Shown one piece after another: positions 28,001-39,748 of a stretch of DNA of 64,000 nt. Under the pieces are notes generated by a model. It saw only the letters and a list, made by a program, of their open reading frames with translations. It was not told where the DNA came from and ran no database searches. A program made the position numbers and the translations under genes. The DNA is from Chrysomallon squamiferum. Lineage: Eukaryota; Animalia; Mollusca. The stretch lies in NCBI GenBank assembly GCA_012295275.1, contig CM022672.1:35740414-35804413 (forward strand). Reading direction: 5' to 3'. Position 1 is the first letter of the stretch. Each line of letters begins with the position of its first letter.

Positions 28001-31000
28001 TAATTTTAATAAAACAATTCTATCTAAAAGGAAATTATCAAAACAGTACTGTTAAATGACTGACTTAGTATGATACTGCTCTCAAGAAAAACATTTTCTT
28101 TAATATATTTTTTGTGATGTTTCAGAGAACACCAAACATTCATTTTCAGTGCTGTTTTGAAAGTAAAAGAAAACAACTTATATTTCTAAGTATCTACAAT
28201 ACATTGTGAAAAGAAATTAACAGTAAAATACACATATTTAAAAACAGAACATAAATAAATTTACTGCCAAAATTAGGTTAAAAACAAAACAAAAAAAAGA
28301 GAACAGAAAGAAACCCATACACATATGCACACACAGACTGAATATATAAAAACACTATATTACTACCAGTCATTAAAAAGAAAGCACACACACACACACA
28401 CACACACACACTATTTCAATATTTTCTAAACATGCAATACTCACATTATTAACTATCAGTGGGTATTAAATTTATCCATGTTACTATGTAAATTGCTTTT
28501 CCACACTTGAACTGTTCACAGAGTAGATCTGCACAACACTACTGTCACAGAACTCAACATGCACACAAAAGTAGTAGAAGCATGTCTGTACAGGCACACA
28601 TACACCTTCTCTGACTTAAACATACATAAGTAATATATATATCCAAGTCCATAAAATACTATATGTATACGTATGTGTGTATGTGCTATATTATTATAAA
28701 CTGAAACGCAAACCCTGATTTAAACACACACATTCACATGCACACTCACACACTTGAATGTATATGTTGTATAATTATCATAAACCTGATTCAAGCTTTA
28801 GCTGTTCAGCTTCAGTGAATCTATTAAATTATTCTTTTTAATTTGAATTATCAAAAGAACAAATAATAGTAATATTAAAATAAAATAAAATATTTTTGTT
28901 ATCAGTACTTATAAATAGTCTGAAACACCAAACAACTCTTGCTAGTTTTAATTCTTTTCGAAGTAATAAATTCTATTATAAACTCTTGCTAGTTTTAATT
29001 CTTTTCGAAGTAATAAATTCTATTACAAACTCTTGCTAGTTTTAATTCAGTTCGAAGTAATAAATTCTATTACAAACTCTTGCTAGTTTTAATTCTTTTC
29101 GAAGTAATAAATTCTATTACAAACTCTTGCTAGTTTTAATTCAGTTCGAAGTAATAAATTCTATTACAAACTCTTGCTAGTTTTAATTCTTTTTTAAGTA
29201 ATAAATTCTATTACAAATTCTTCTCTATTAATGTGTTCTTGCAGATTTCTTTTTCTTCTTTATACCTTTTATCATTATCACCACTACCATTACCAGAATT
29301 ATTATTATCATTATCCATTATTATCATGACCATCATTATCATCAACATCATCATCATTGTCATTATAATTATCATTATTATTATTCAGTGCCACAACAGT
29401 TATTTCTTGTTTCAGCCATGTTTGAGTTATCAAAATATCAGGAATGTGCTGTCCTGTGTTTGAGAAGGTACGAATAAATAAAATAGTCCTTTGCTATTAT
29501 TTTTATTTTTCTATGGTTAATATCAATATGTATGTGTGTGTTTCATACAAGCAGAGTGTGTCATTAAGAAAAACACTTCATACTTCTCTTAAGAGGTATG
29601 CTGGATTATTCTATATATAAATAATTTCTTTTTTTTAAATGCAAACTCCTTTTACTGATAACTTGAACATAAACACTCAAACAGTATAGGCAGTTTTCTT
29701 TATTCATTTTTAAAAGTAAAAAAAGTATAAAAATAGCAAACTGTCAATTGAGAGTAATTATCAAATTATAAATGCTTACACAACACACACAAATAGCCAA
29801 CATGTTTTTATAGATAGGCTATTACCTGAAAGTACACCCATTATAAATGAATAGTGATTGTTCTCATTTGTGGCAAGTTTTCAATGGAATTATCAGATAA
29901 AAATAAAAACGTGCCACCCAGCCAAATACATGTTATAAAAGAAATATCGGGAATCGGCATAATTGGTGAAGGGATGATACAGAAAATATTCACACTTTGA
30001 ACAATGTTCAAATTACTTGTTTGTCAAAAATACTTCTATAAATAATTGAATCAAATGCATTAACTATTAACAAGTTTATTTTACTGCTATTAAATAAAAT
30101 CAAAGCCTCTGTTTAATTTATTATACAAAATGAAATTCACTAAATAAATGGGGGTGGGGGTGGACATCTTTTACAGTACGTAGCGAAACCTTTGATTTTA
30201 ATTATTAACAATCTCATGTCCATCATCTTCATGGTCAAAGAATGTGATCTATCCCAGGATGCAATATTATGCAACACGCCACACCCATTTTGCTTCCCTA
30301 GCCCTAATGAAGCAGAGTCTGTTTCAAGTTCTGAAATTTGTTCTGTATAAAACAAAGTTTGGGGAATCTGCCCTTGCACTGTTGTAAGAATATTATTTAT
30401 TCTAATGTATTTAAATTTCATTATGAACTTACTTATTTTTATAATTCATTGTTCTTTTTTCACTAGTCCACATTTCAAAGTATTTGGTGTCAACCTTGAG
30501 AATTGTTTGGAATGTGGGTTCATAATAAATGAAAAAAAAAAAAAAAAAAAAAAAAAGAAATAAGAAATGTAATAATAAAGAGAAATTAAGAAAGAGGTTT
30601 TTTTCAAGAACTCATGAAAGAAGAAATATGTTTTAAAATCTGGAATGACATGAACACAAGCAGTTAACCAAATCTTTATCTTCAGAACACAGCCATGTAA
30701 CATAATGCTATTCAGATGTGTAACATAATGCTATACAGACGTGTAACATGCTATGCAGACATGTAACATAATGCTACAGATGTGTAACAATGCTACAGAC
30801 ATGTAACATAATGCTATACAGACATGTAACAGAATGCTATACAGCCATGTAACATAATGCTATACAGATGTGTAACAGAATGCTATTCAGACATGTAACA
30901 GAATGCTATACAGATGTGTAACAGAATGCTATACAGCCATGTAACATAATGCTATACAGATGTGTAACATAATGCTATTCAGACATGTAACATAATTTCT

Positions 31001-34000
31001 ATACAGATGTGTAACAGAATGCTATACAGCCATGTAACATAATGCTATACAGACATGTAACAGAATGCTATCAGATGTGTAACATAATGCTATACAGACG
31101 TGTAACAGAATGCTATAGAATGCATAATACTGACATGTAACAAATGCTATACAGACGTGTAACATAATGCTATACAGATAAATGCTATTCAGACATGTAA
31201 CATAATGCTATACAGACATGTAACAAATTGCTATACAGACGTGTAACATAATGCTATACAGATGTTACCTCTGTAAGAGTATTTGGTAATGGAAACTAAT
31301 GAGAATAAAAATTAAAACTATCATGATTAGAAAAATTTCTTACTGTCAGATTCTAGTCTATTTCAAAAAGTACAAAAAGATTAGAAGAGTTAATTTTACT
31401 CCCTGACTCTACTAATAAATGAACACTGACACAGACTAGGTGTAGAAATCCTGTCTAATTAAAAAATGAAAAAAGGAAGGAATTGTACTAACATGCACAA
31501 AATAACAATGACACAAACGTCAAGCCAATATTCAACATATCAAAAAACAACAAGCTATAATTACAGTAAACTTATCCTAGCCTACAAATTCCCTTGTGAA
31601 AATGTAACCCTTCACATTAAATCCTTTGAAAAAAATAAATAAAAATAAAGACATAAAATGTCTTATTTATGTATTTTTAGGTGAACTGCTTTTACCACCC
31701 TAATTTAATTTCACCTTTAAATCGACCAAGAAGATTTGAAATCAAATACAGCTTTAACAAAAATGTCATTATTTGGTGTAAAGGCAAACATTGACAAGGA
31801 CATAAAGCTTGGAAGTCTGTGAAAGGAAGACCAGTTGGCAACTAGCCTGCTTATCAAACTGTTGTGAATTCTTCACTCAGAACAGTAAATATGTATATAT
31901 ATCAGTGGCAAGACGCCAATATTCACTTCAGATAATGGTACAAGTGATAAAAGCAGTGACTATTCATGGTGTACATTTTCCCCACAATGAATGAAAAAAA
32001 ATCAAGATCTTTCTTTTTTCCTTTTTAATTTTATTTCTAGTTATACAGTTTTCCTATTGATCATTTCTGGTTTAGATATGTGTTATTTTTCTCATCATTA
32101 TTTTAGATGTTGTGTGATCTTATATGTGGCAAAGTGGCTTGTCATTAAAAGAAAATATATTTTCAAAACAGAGGGAAAAAAATATAAGATTTGAAAAAAA
32201 TAAATAAATAACAATAATAAATATAATAATTATAACAGTAGTAGTAGTAGTAGTAGTAATAATATATTCACACCGACTTAACACAAATTATAAAAGATAG
32301 GAACCGTTTCAGCCAACTCATTTCAAATATGACTCCTTGATAATATACTATCCTTCTCTCTCTCTCTCTGGATGGGTATGTGTGTACTTTCTTAAAAAGA
32401 GATTCACTTTAGTTCAGCAGCTAGAATTGTATTCAGTTATAATATCATGTCTGATGCCTGCACTCTCATACTAACTCTGAAATGATTGGTGTCAAACTGA
32501 GTTTCCATGAAGTCAGCCAGTCATAAGATGTTTTGAAGTCAGCCAGTCATAAGATGTTTTCAAGTCGGTCAGTCATAAGATGTTTTGAAGTCAGCCAGTC
32601 ATAAGATGTTTTGAAGTCATCAGTCATAAGATATTTTCAAGTCGGTCAGTCATAAGATGTTTTGAAGTCAGTCAGTCATAAGATGTTTTGAAGTCGGTCA
32701 GTCATAAGATGTTTTCAAGTCAGTCAGTCATAAGATGTTTTCAAGTCAGCCAGTCATAAGATGTTTTCAAGTCGGCCAGTCATAAGATGTTTTCAAGTCG
32801 GTCAGTCATAAGATGTTTTCAAGTCGGCCAGTCATAAGATGTTTTCAAGTCGGCCAGTCATAAGATGTTTTCAAGTCGGTCCAGTCATAAGATGTTTTCA
32901 AGTCAGCCAGTCATAAGATGTTTTCAAGTCAGCCAGTCATAAGATGTTTTCAAGTCGGTCAGTCATAAGATGTTTTCAAGTCAGCTACTCCAGGCTGCTT
33001 TTAACTGAAGAGCTTTTTCTCTTGAAATTCTGTTTTAAATTTGCCAACTGTTTTCTGAAATCCCAAATACTGGTTTCTTACAACTGCTGGTTATTGCCAC
33101 TTTGTTTTAGAATGCAGGTACAGTCAGGCATCCTATCTTGAATTACAGTGCTGAATATTCCAGTTTATGCTGTCAGTTACTTTCATTGAAAGTTTGGTAC
33201 ATTCCTTTTTTTCCTTTTTTTTTTTTTTTCAGCCATTACGAATTCAGAAAAACAAACATTTTTGACACTAAATCTAAATGTGTGAATTCACTTAGCTATC
33301 AATACACACTAATAACAATAACATTCATCTAGTAATTACAAGAAATATGGGATTATTGTTTATTAAGCTTTCAAAGAAGTGCAAATGTTTCATCTTACAC
33401 AGAAACCTAATTGTGTGTGAACTGCTGTTATTGTTTATGAAGTGACTATATTTGTGTAACAGGCAGACAAAGCTAATTACTTGTTTGTTCTGGAATCTGA
33501 ATAAACAGCATCTACATTAGTTTTGTTTGTAATAGATTAATGATAACTGGACAGTATTTTGAAATTGTTTCAGTGTACATAGAAATCTGAATCAGTCAGA
33601 TGAGAGTTTGACAGAGTCCAATATATATGTGTGTGTGTGTGTGTGTGTTTATGTATGTATGTATATATTTATATATGTATATATTGTACACATGCATGGA
33701 CACACATACACACACTCACTCAGTGGCTTCAAATGTTAGATTTTTTTCAGGCTTATTGGATACCTTGGATTTATTCAGGAAAGTTAGGTCACCAAGGAAA
33801 ACATTTACTTGAAAGTAGAGGCACACAAAAAAAAATTATGTAGGTTTTTTTTTTTTTTTTCAAACTAATGCTGTGCAAGCTAACATGAATTTACGCAATT
33901 ATGTAAAATTAAAAGTTTATGGACAAACTAAATAATGCACATGTAAGTATACTGATGTTCCTGAAACTAACCTCATCAAAAGTCTTGTTTTTTTCCCTTC

Positions 34001-37000
34001 TTGTACACATTATTCTTCATTTTCCTCACAATGGCACTAAGAGGAGATCCTGAGGGAGGGATGACGGAGGGGTGAGGGAGATATGTTTTTACTACAAGAC
34101 AGCATAATAATGTTTACAAAAATGTCCAAAAATAATGCACAAGATGCAGATGTGTACGGCACAGCAATAACACTTTGCAAAACTGGTGCAAAATCGTAGC
34201 AGCATTTCCACAAAATAACTCTGAGTAATGGGACTGATGTCTAGTGTATCAATTTGGATTGTTTCAGAAACTGAACCTGTACTACAGTTAGTCTACTTTT
34301 AGATCATTTCTGATCAACTAAATATTTAAGAAAAATATACTAAATATATGCCCAAATCTACATCAGACACAATGTGACAGATTATGCTGTTTTATGTAAT
34401 TATTTTAAATAATATTTACTAGACACTTAAATTACTTAAAATAACAATCACTTTCATCACAGTTTTAAGTATGTGTGTGTGTGTGTGTGTGTTACTAAGA
34501 ACGACTAATAAACATTTGATGGTTAATCATAAACATCTGCAAAAAAACAATTCAGCTTAGAAAGAACTCCACAGAGGTGCTGCAGGTACTAATTAGTGAC
34601 AGAAAATGTTTATAATTACTGCACCAAGAGCAATTAAAGGTGCAGGTGTGATTTGTGATTTATTTGACATAAACATAAAAGGGAGTTTTCTAGATTTTGT
34701 ACTTGCTAAGATTTGAGGGTGTTTTTAATTTACTGTCAGTTTACATTAATTACATTTGACAGGTAATACAGTTAATAACTGTCTTACTGGTGTTAATAAG
34801 AAAAAACTATAAATCAGGAAATCGGAAAGAAAGGTTGTATCAGAGAAAGATGCCCAAAGACACAGAGAAACTAGAAAAAAGATCTGTCTGTAACTTGCAA
34901 CAAGAAACCGGAGAATAAAAAAATCTTGTTTGAATGGATTTCAGTGCTATAAGTGAACAGGATGAACTCCAGTGTGAGACCACAATAAAAAAGCATTCAG
35001 TGTTTGTAAAATAATAATAACTGAACTGAGTTAGAAATAAATGTGGATCCAGAGAATGCAAAAAAAGGTTTTAAAAAAAATAATACAACAAAATTCACCC
35101 TCATAACTTTTCTAATGTTACCATGATTTTCTTATAATTAAAAATAAAAATAATAAATGATATGTTATATATTTAATTTAAAAAAATATATCTTAGCTTT
35201 ATTTCAGTGCTATTTCAATGTTACAGGATGCTAAGGACACTTACCAAGTGTTAATAAAACCTGCATCATGTTTGTGTCCTTCCATAATCAAGTTTTAAAA
35301 ACGCTTTGATTACTTTTATGTAGAACTGTAATGACAAATAGTTTGTTAAACAGGAGTAATTTCATGTAAACAAGTTAACAGTTAACATCGTTGCTTGATC
35401 TAGTGCACTACCTAAGATTATAATTTATTTTTCAATTTAACAAATATATTCACTGCAACGTGTAGAAAACACATAGACAATACTGCATACTTCCAAATTA
35501 TTTTTGGTTTAATTTGATGTTTTTATTATTTATTTAACATATACTTACACACACACACACACACACAATTTTTATCATGTATTTTATGTTAATCATTCAA
35601 TTTTAATTAACAATACTGGTAATCAAAGATTATATCTTTAAACTACACAGAACAAAGATTTTGTCATCAGAACACAACAAACTACAAACATACTGGTGTC
35701 ATAATGCTTACTGTTAGTGATAACAATTTTATTATATTATTTCACTTTTTACACCTGAATCTAATCACACAAAACAATAAAGTAAAAAGTTAAATTAAAA
35801 AATTAAAAAAAATTAAACTGAAATATAAAAACCTTTCATTAATTTATTTATTGTGCTAAATGAATGTTTTAAAAACACTGAATTTTAATTTAAATATTAC
35901 TCTGTTATGTTAACTGATTTCTGTTCGAAACAAAATAACAGATGTTGACTAGTAAGACCAAGAAATAAATAAACAGTATAAAGATTACTTCTGAATATGA
36001 AGAAGATGTGTTAGATTAGAGTTCTCAACATTTTTATCTTTGTGGAACCGTTAAAATAATTTTCATCTTTCGTTGAAGCCCTATATTATATGTTTTACAA
36101 AACATTATTAATGTTATTTCATGTGTTAGCTTAATGTGTTAGATTAATGTTATTTCATGCACTTGTACTGCATAATGGGACAATCCTTGTACTGAACTTT
36201 TTCTTTTGTTTTAAATTTATTGGATACTGCAATGATTTCAGGACAAAGAAAATAAACATTATCACTTGCAGATAATTTTATATTTAAAATTTCACCACCT
36301 TAACCTACAACAACAATTTTATTTTTTATTTTTTGTGTTTGTTTGAGTGATTTAGATAAAATTCTATTAAAAAAATTAAACAATTGGTGTACAAAGATAA
36401 AACATTCTGAAAACAAAATAATCAAAATTCATTATTAATAATCAGCTATTATTATTCCTGAAACATTTAGAATAGATAAGTAACATTTTGTTTTCAGAAT
36501 TTACACCCTGTTTCTATATAACTTATTGAACTAAAAGCCTCGTAATGCTGAAAACCAGAAACATTTATTGTCAGTATTTGTTAATCATTTTAATTTTGGA
36601 AATAATCTGCGAAATAATCATAATTACTAGCTTTGGAACAAATAAAGCTGTTTTAAATTTTCTTTCATCTTTTTTTTTTTTCCTTACTTTTATTTTATTT
36701 TATTATTTTTTTAAAGTAAATTAAACTGCATAATGTTTTAGATGTAACAATTGATTCTCTAATTTGCATATGTCAAAAAACTATATTATGAAAAATGAAT
36801 ATTGAAAGGAAGTAAGATTATAATGTTACTGATAATATTAATTATAGCTATCCAAACACAGAGATGTTGACTCTACTACTGGCAGAGAAAACAAATACAT
36901 TACAAATATAATTTTAAAATATTTATTCTATCTCTTAATCTTTTTCCTTCCCCTCCCTTTTTTTTATATATATATTTTCTTAAAATTTTGATGTATATTT

Positions 37001-37358
37001 ATTTATTTATATTTTGTGGAGTAAACTACCATTTAGCATTAATTCAGTGACATCACATTTAGTGCAAATTTTTAATTGGTGTGAACCTAATGGACATTTC
37101 TTGTTTCCTCCAGATTATAACAGAGACATTGGCAATGTGTGATATTTAAAATATTCCTTGCTGTTAAGTGGAAAAGAGTAGCCTATGAAGTGTCCACAGC
37201 AAGTTTCTCTATGATAGATTGGTGGTCCTTAATGAAATAGTTACCACTGAAATTAGTGATATAGCATGTAGCGTAATGTACTGAGTCCATTGTAAAATGG
37301 TTTATTTATTTGCCTTCTTTCTGGTGATGTTTCTGACAGTTTTCAATTTAGTTTAGTA

Positions 37359-37412
<54 letters not shown>

Positions 37413-39713
37413 TCTGCTCTGTAATTTCACAACATAAAACTCAGTGACTGATATTTAGTAATGTTAAGATTTTCAAAATTAGACACTATAGTGTTACTTT
37501 ATAAATACAGCCAGACACTGATAACTAGAACTGGAGTCTTAAATCTTAGTTATCCTGGTGTGGTTTTAGATAACCATGGACAGATAATGATGATCATGAT
37601 GATGATGGTGATTATGAAACAGAATAAGTGAGAGAAATGATATTTCAATAAATTTGTGAACATAATGAGAACAGAAAGTAATCAATTATATCATAGGAAA
37701 ATAATAAAGGATATAGTGATAAAATGTGGTTTGTCTTGATTGTTGTTGATAACTGTGAGAAATCAAATTATTTAACTGTTGAACTATTTCAAGAATGTAT
37801 TTATTAATTTAATGCTTGTTTGTTGTTGTTTGTTTTCTTCATTTCAAGTTATCAAAGTTGGACTGTATATTGAAACAGCAGTTGAAGTTCGAAGTCTATT
37901 ACAGCAGACCTCTGCTTTGTAATTATACAAAATACATTCTTTAAAAATATCTGCCGCCATTTTGATTTAATCTGCCTGTTGATCTTTATCTCTGAAAATA
38001 ACTGAATACTAAATAGGATTATCAAAAAAAAAAAAAAAATAATAATAATAATAAAAAATATTAATAAAGGAAATCCTATATCTAAATATTTCAGTATTCA
38101 AAAACATCTTTTTTATATTAATTATGTTATGCACATTATTTATTTAAAACTTTTTTAAAAATTATTATTATAAAAAGAAAAAAGAAAAAAAGTAGAAAAA
38201 ACATGATGGTTTCTCAATAATGAAAAGTCAAAGTTGTTTACAATCCCAGACAACTGATTCAACAATAATTAGCCTTTGTAAACTCACCAAATGTTATCAT
38301 GTTTACGTGGAATAACAGACACAAAATGTTATCATGTTTACGTGGAATAACAGACACAAAATGTTATGTTTACGTGGAATAACAGACACAAAATGTTACC
38401 ATGTTTACGTGGAATAACAGACACAAAATGTTATGTTTACGTGGAATAACAGACACAAAATGTTACCATGTTTACGTGGAATAACAGACACAAAATGTTA
38501 CCATGTTTACGTGGAATAACAGACACAAAATGTTACCATGTTTACGTGGAATAACAGACACTATAACGAAAGATGATTTCTCTAAGAAACCAAACAGTCT
38601 GTTGTTAGTAACTCTTTTTGATAATTTCTGAACTGAGTTACAGCAGTGATTTTTAATGTTTGTTAACTGGCACATTTATAAATTCATGAATTAATAACTA
38701 AGCATGTTTGTGATTTAGAATAGTCTTCTCTCTATGTGTGTGTGATTTTATAAACATTCGTACTACACATTTTTATGTCTAGTGCTATTAAAACTTCAGT
38801 ACAGACTGATTAGTTTCCACCAAGTCTGGAAATCACAAAATGCATGAATTTATTTCTCATTCTTTGTTTCAGTATAACATCATATTAGTAATGCATGTAC
38901 ATATGTATATTGTCTGTTTTTGCTGTCTTACATATCAATAAATACATTTACATACATGTGTGCACCTGTGTGTTTATGTCAAATTCATTTGTGTTGTCTT
39001 CTATTTGTTATGGTTTTTCTTTTACCAAATCTGCAAGTGCACATATATTTCAGTAATTAACATGCATCCATCACATTGCAGCAAATATTTGAATGTTCTA
39101 CACTTGAACACCCTGAAACCAGTACTAGGCTGACCCCTTCCAGTTCAAATTATCAAATTTTTACTCTGTGTATGTGTGTAAAACCACTTTTGATATTTTA
39201 TTTTTAAGTGGTTTTTTGGAGGGTTACCAAAGAACCTAACATCATACAAATTAATTGCTTTCTAACTTTCCATTGCTAAATGCAGGTACCGGACCAATTA
39301 TCCGGCATCCTGAAATCCGGAAAGATCAGAAAACCATGTTTTTCCTCGACACTATTTTCATAGTTCACATGCATGGGTGTTGTCCTCACCAGACTGGAAC
39401 TACTCTTTCAAGCCGTGTGGTGTTCATTCACTCGCCACACTGTTTACGCGTCGAGTCGCCACAGTTGTGTATCACCAAGTTTCTTTATGTTTTTACTTTT
39501 AAAATGTTTATGTCTAATTATATATGTATTCAGATGCCTTGGTACAAGAAAACGAGAAAATCCAGAACTCCAGAATGCCTCAGGCCCCATGAAGTCTGGA
39601 TAATTGGTCTACACTATTATTCTTAATTAAAATCTACATAATATACTTATAGGTTACCAGGATATTAACACTCCATGTGTGTATGTGTGTGTCTTGATAT
39701 ATATATCTTTATA

Positions 39714-39748
<35 letters not shown>

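Noticed and set aside
32989-33054. Possible exon next to the 26-bp array (KQLANLKQNFKRKSSSVKSSL)
   Set aside because: The donor (ga|gtagct) is poor and there is no homology support.
36017-36085. hAT-like terminal remnant (GTTCTCAAC...GTGGAACC)
   Set aside because: Too degenerate; no matching second end or TSD was found.
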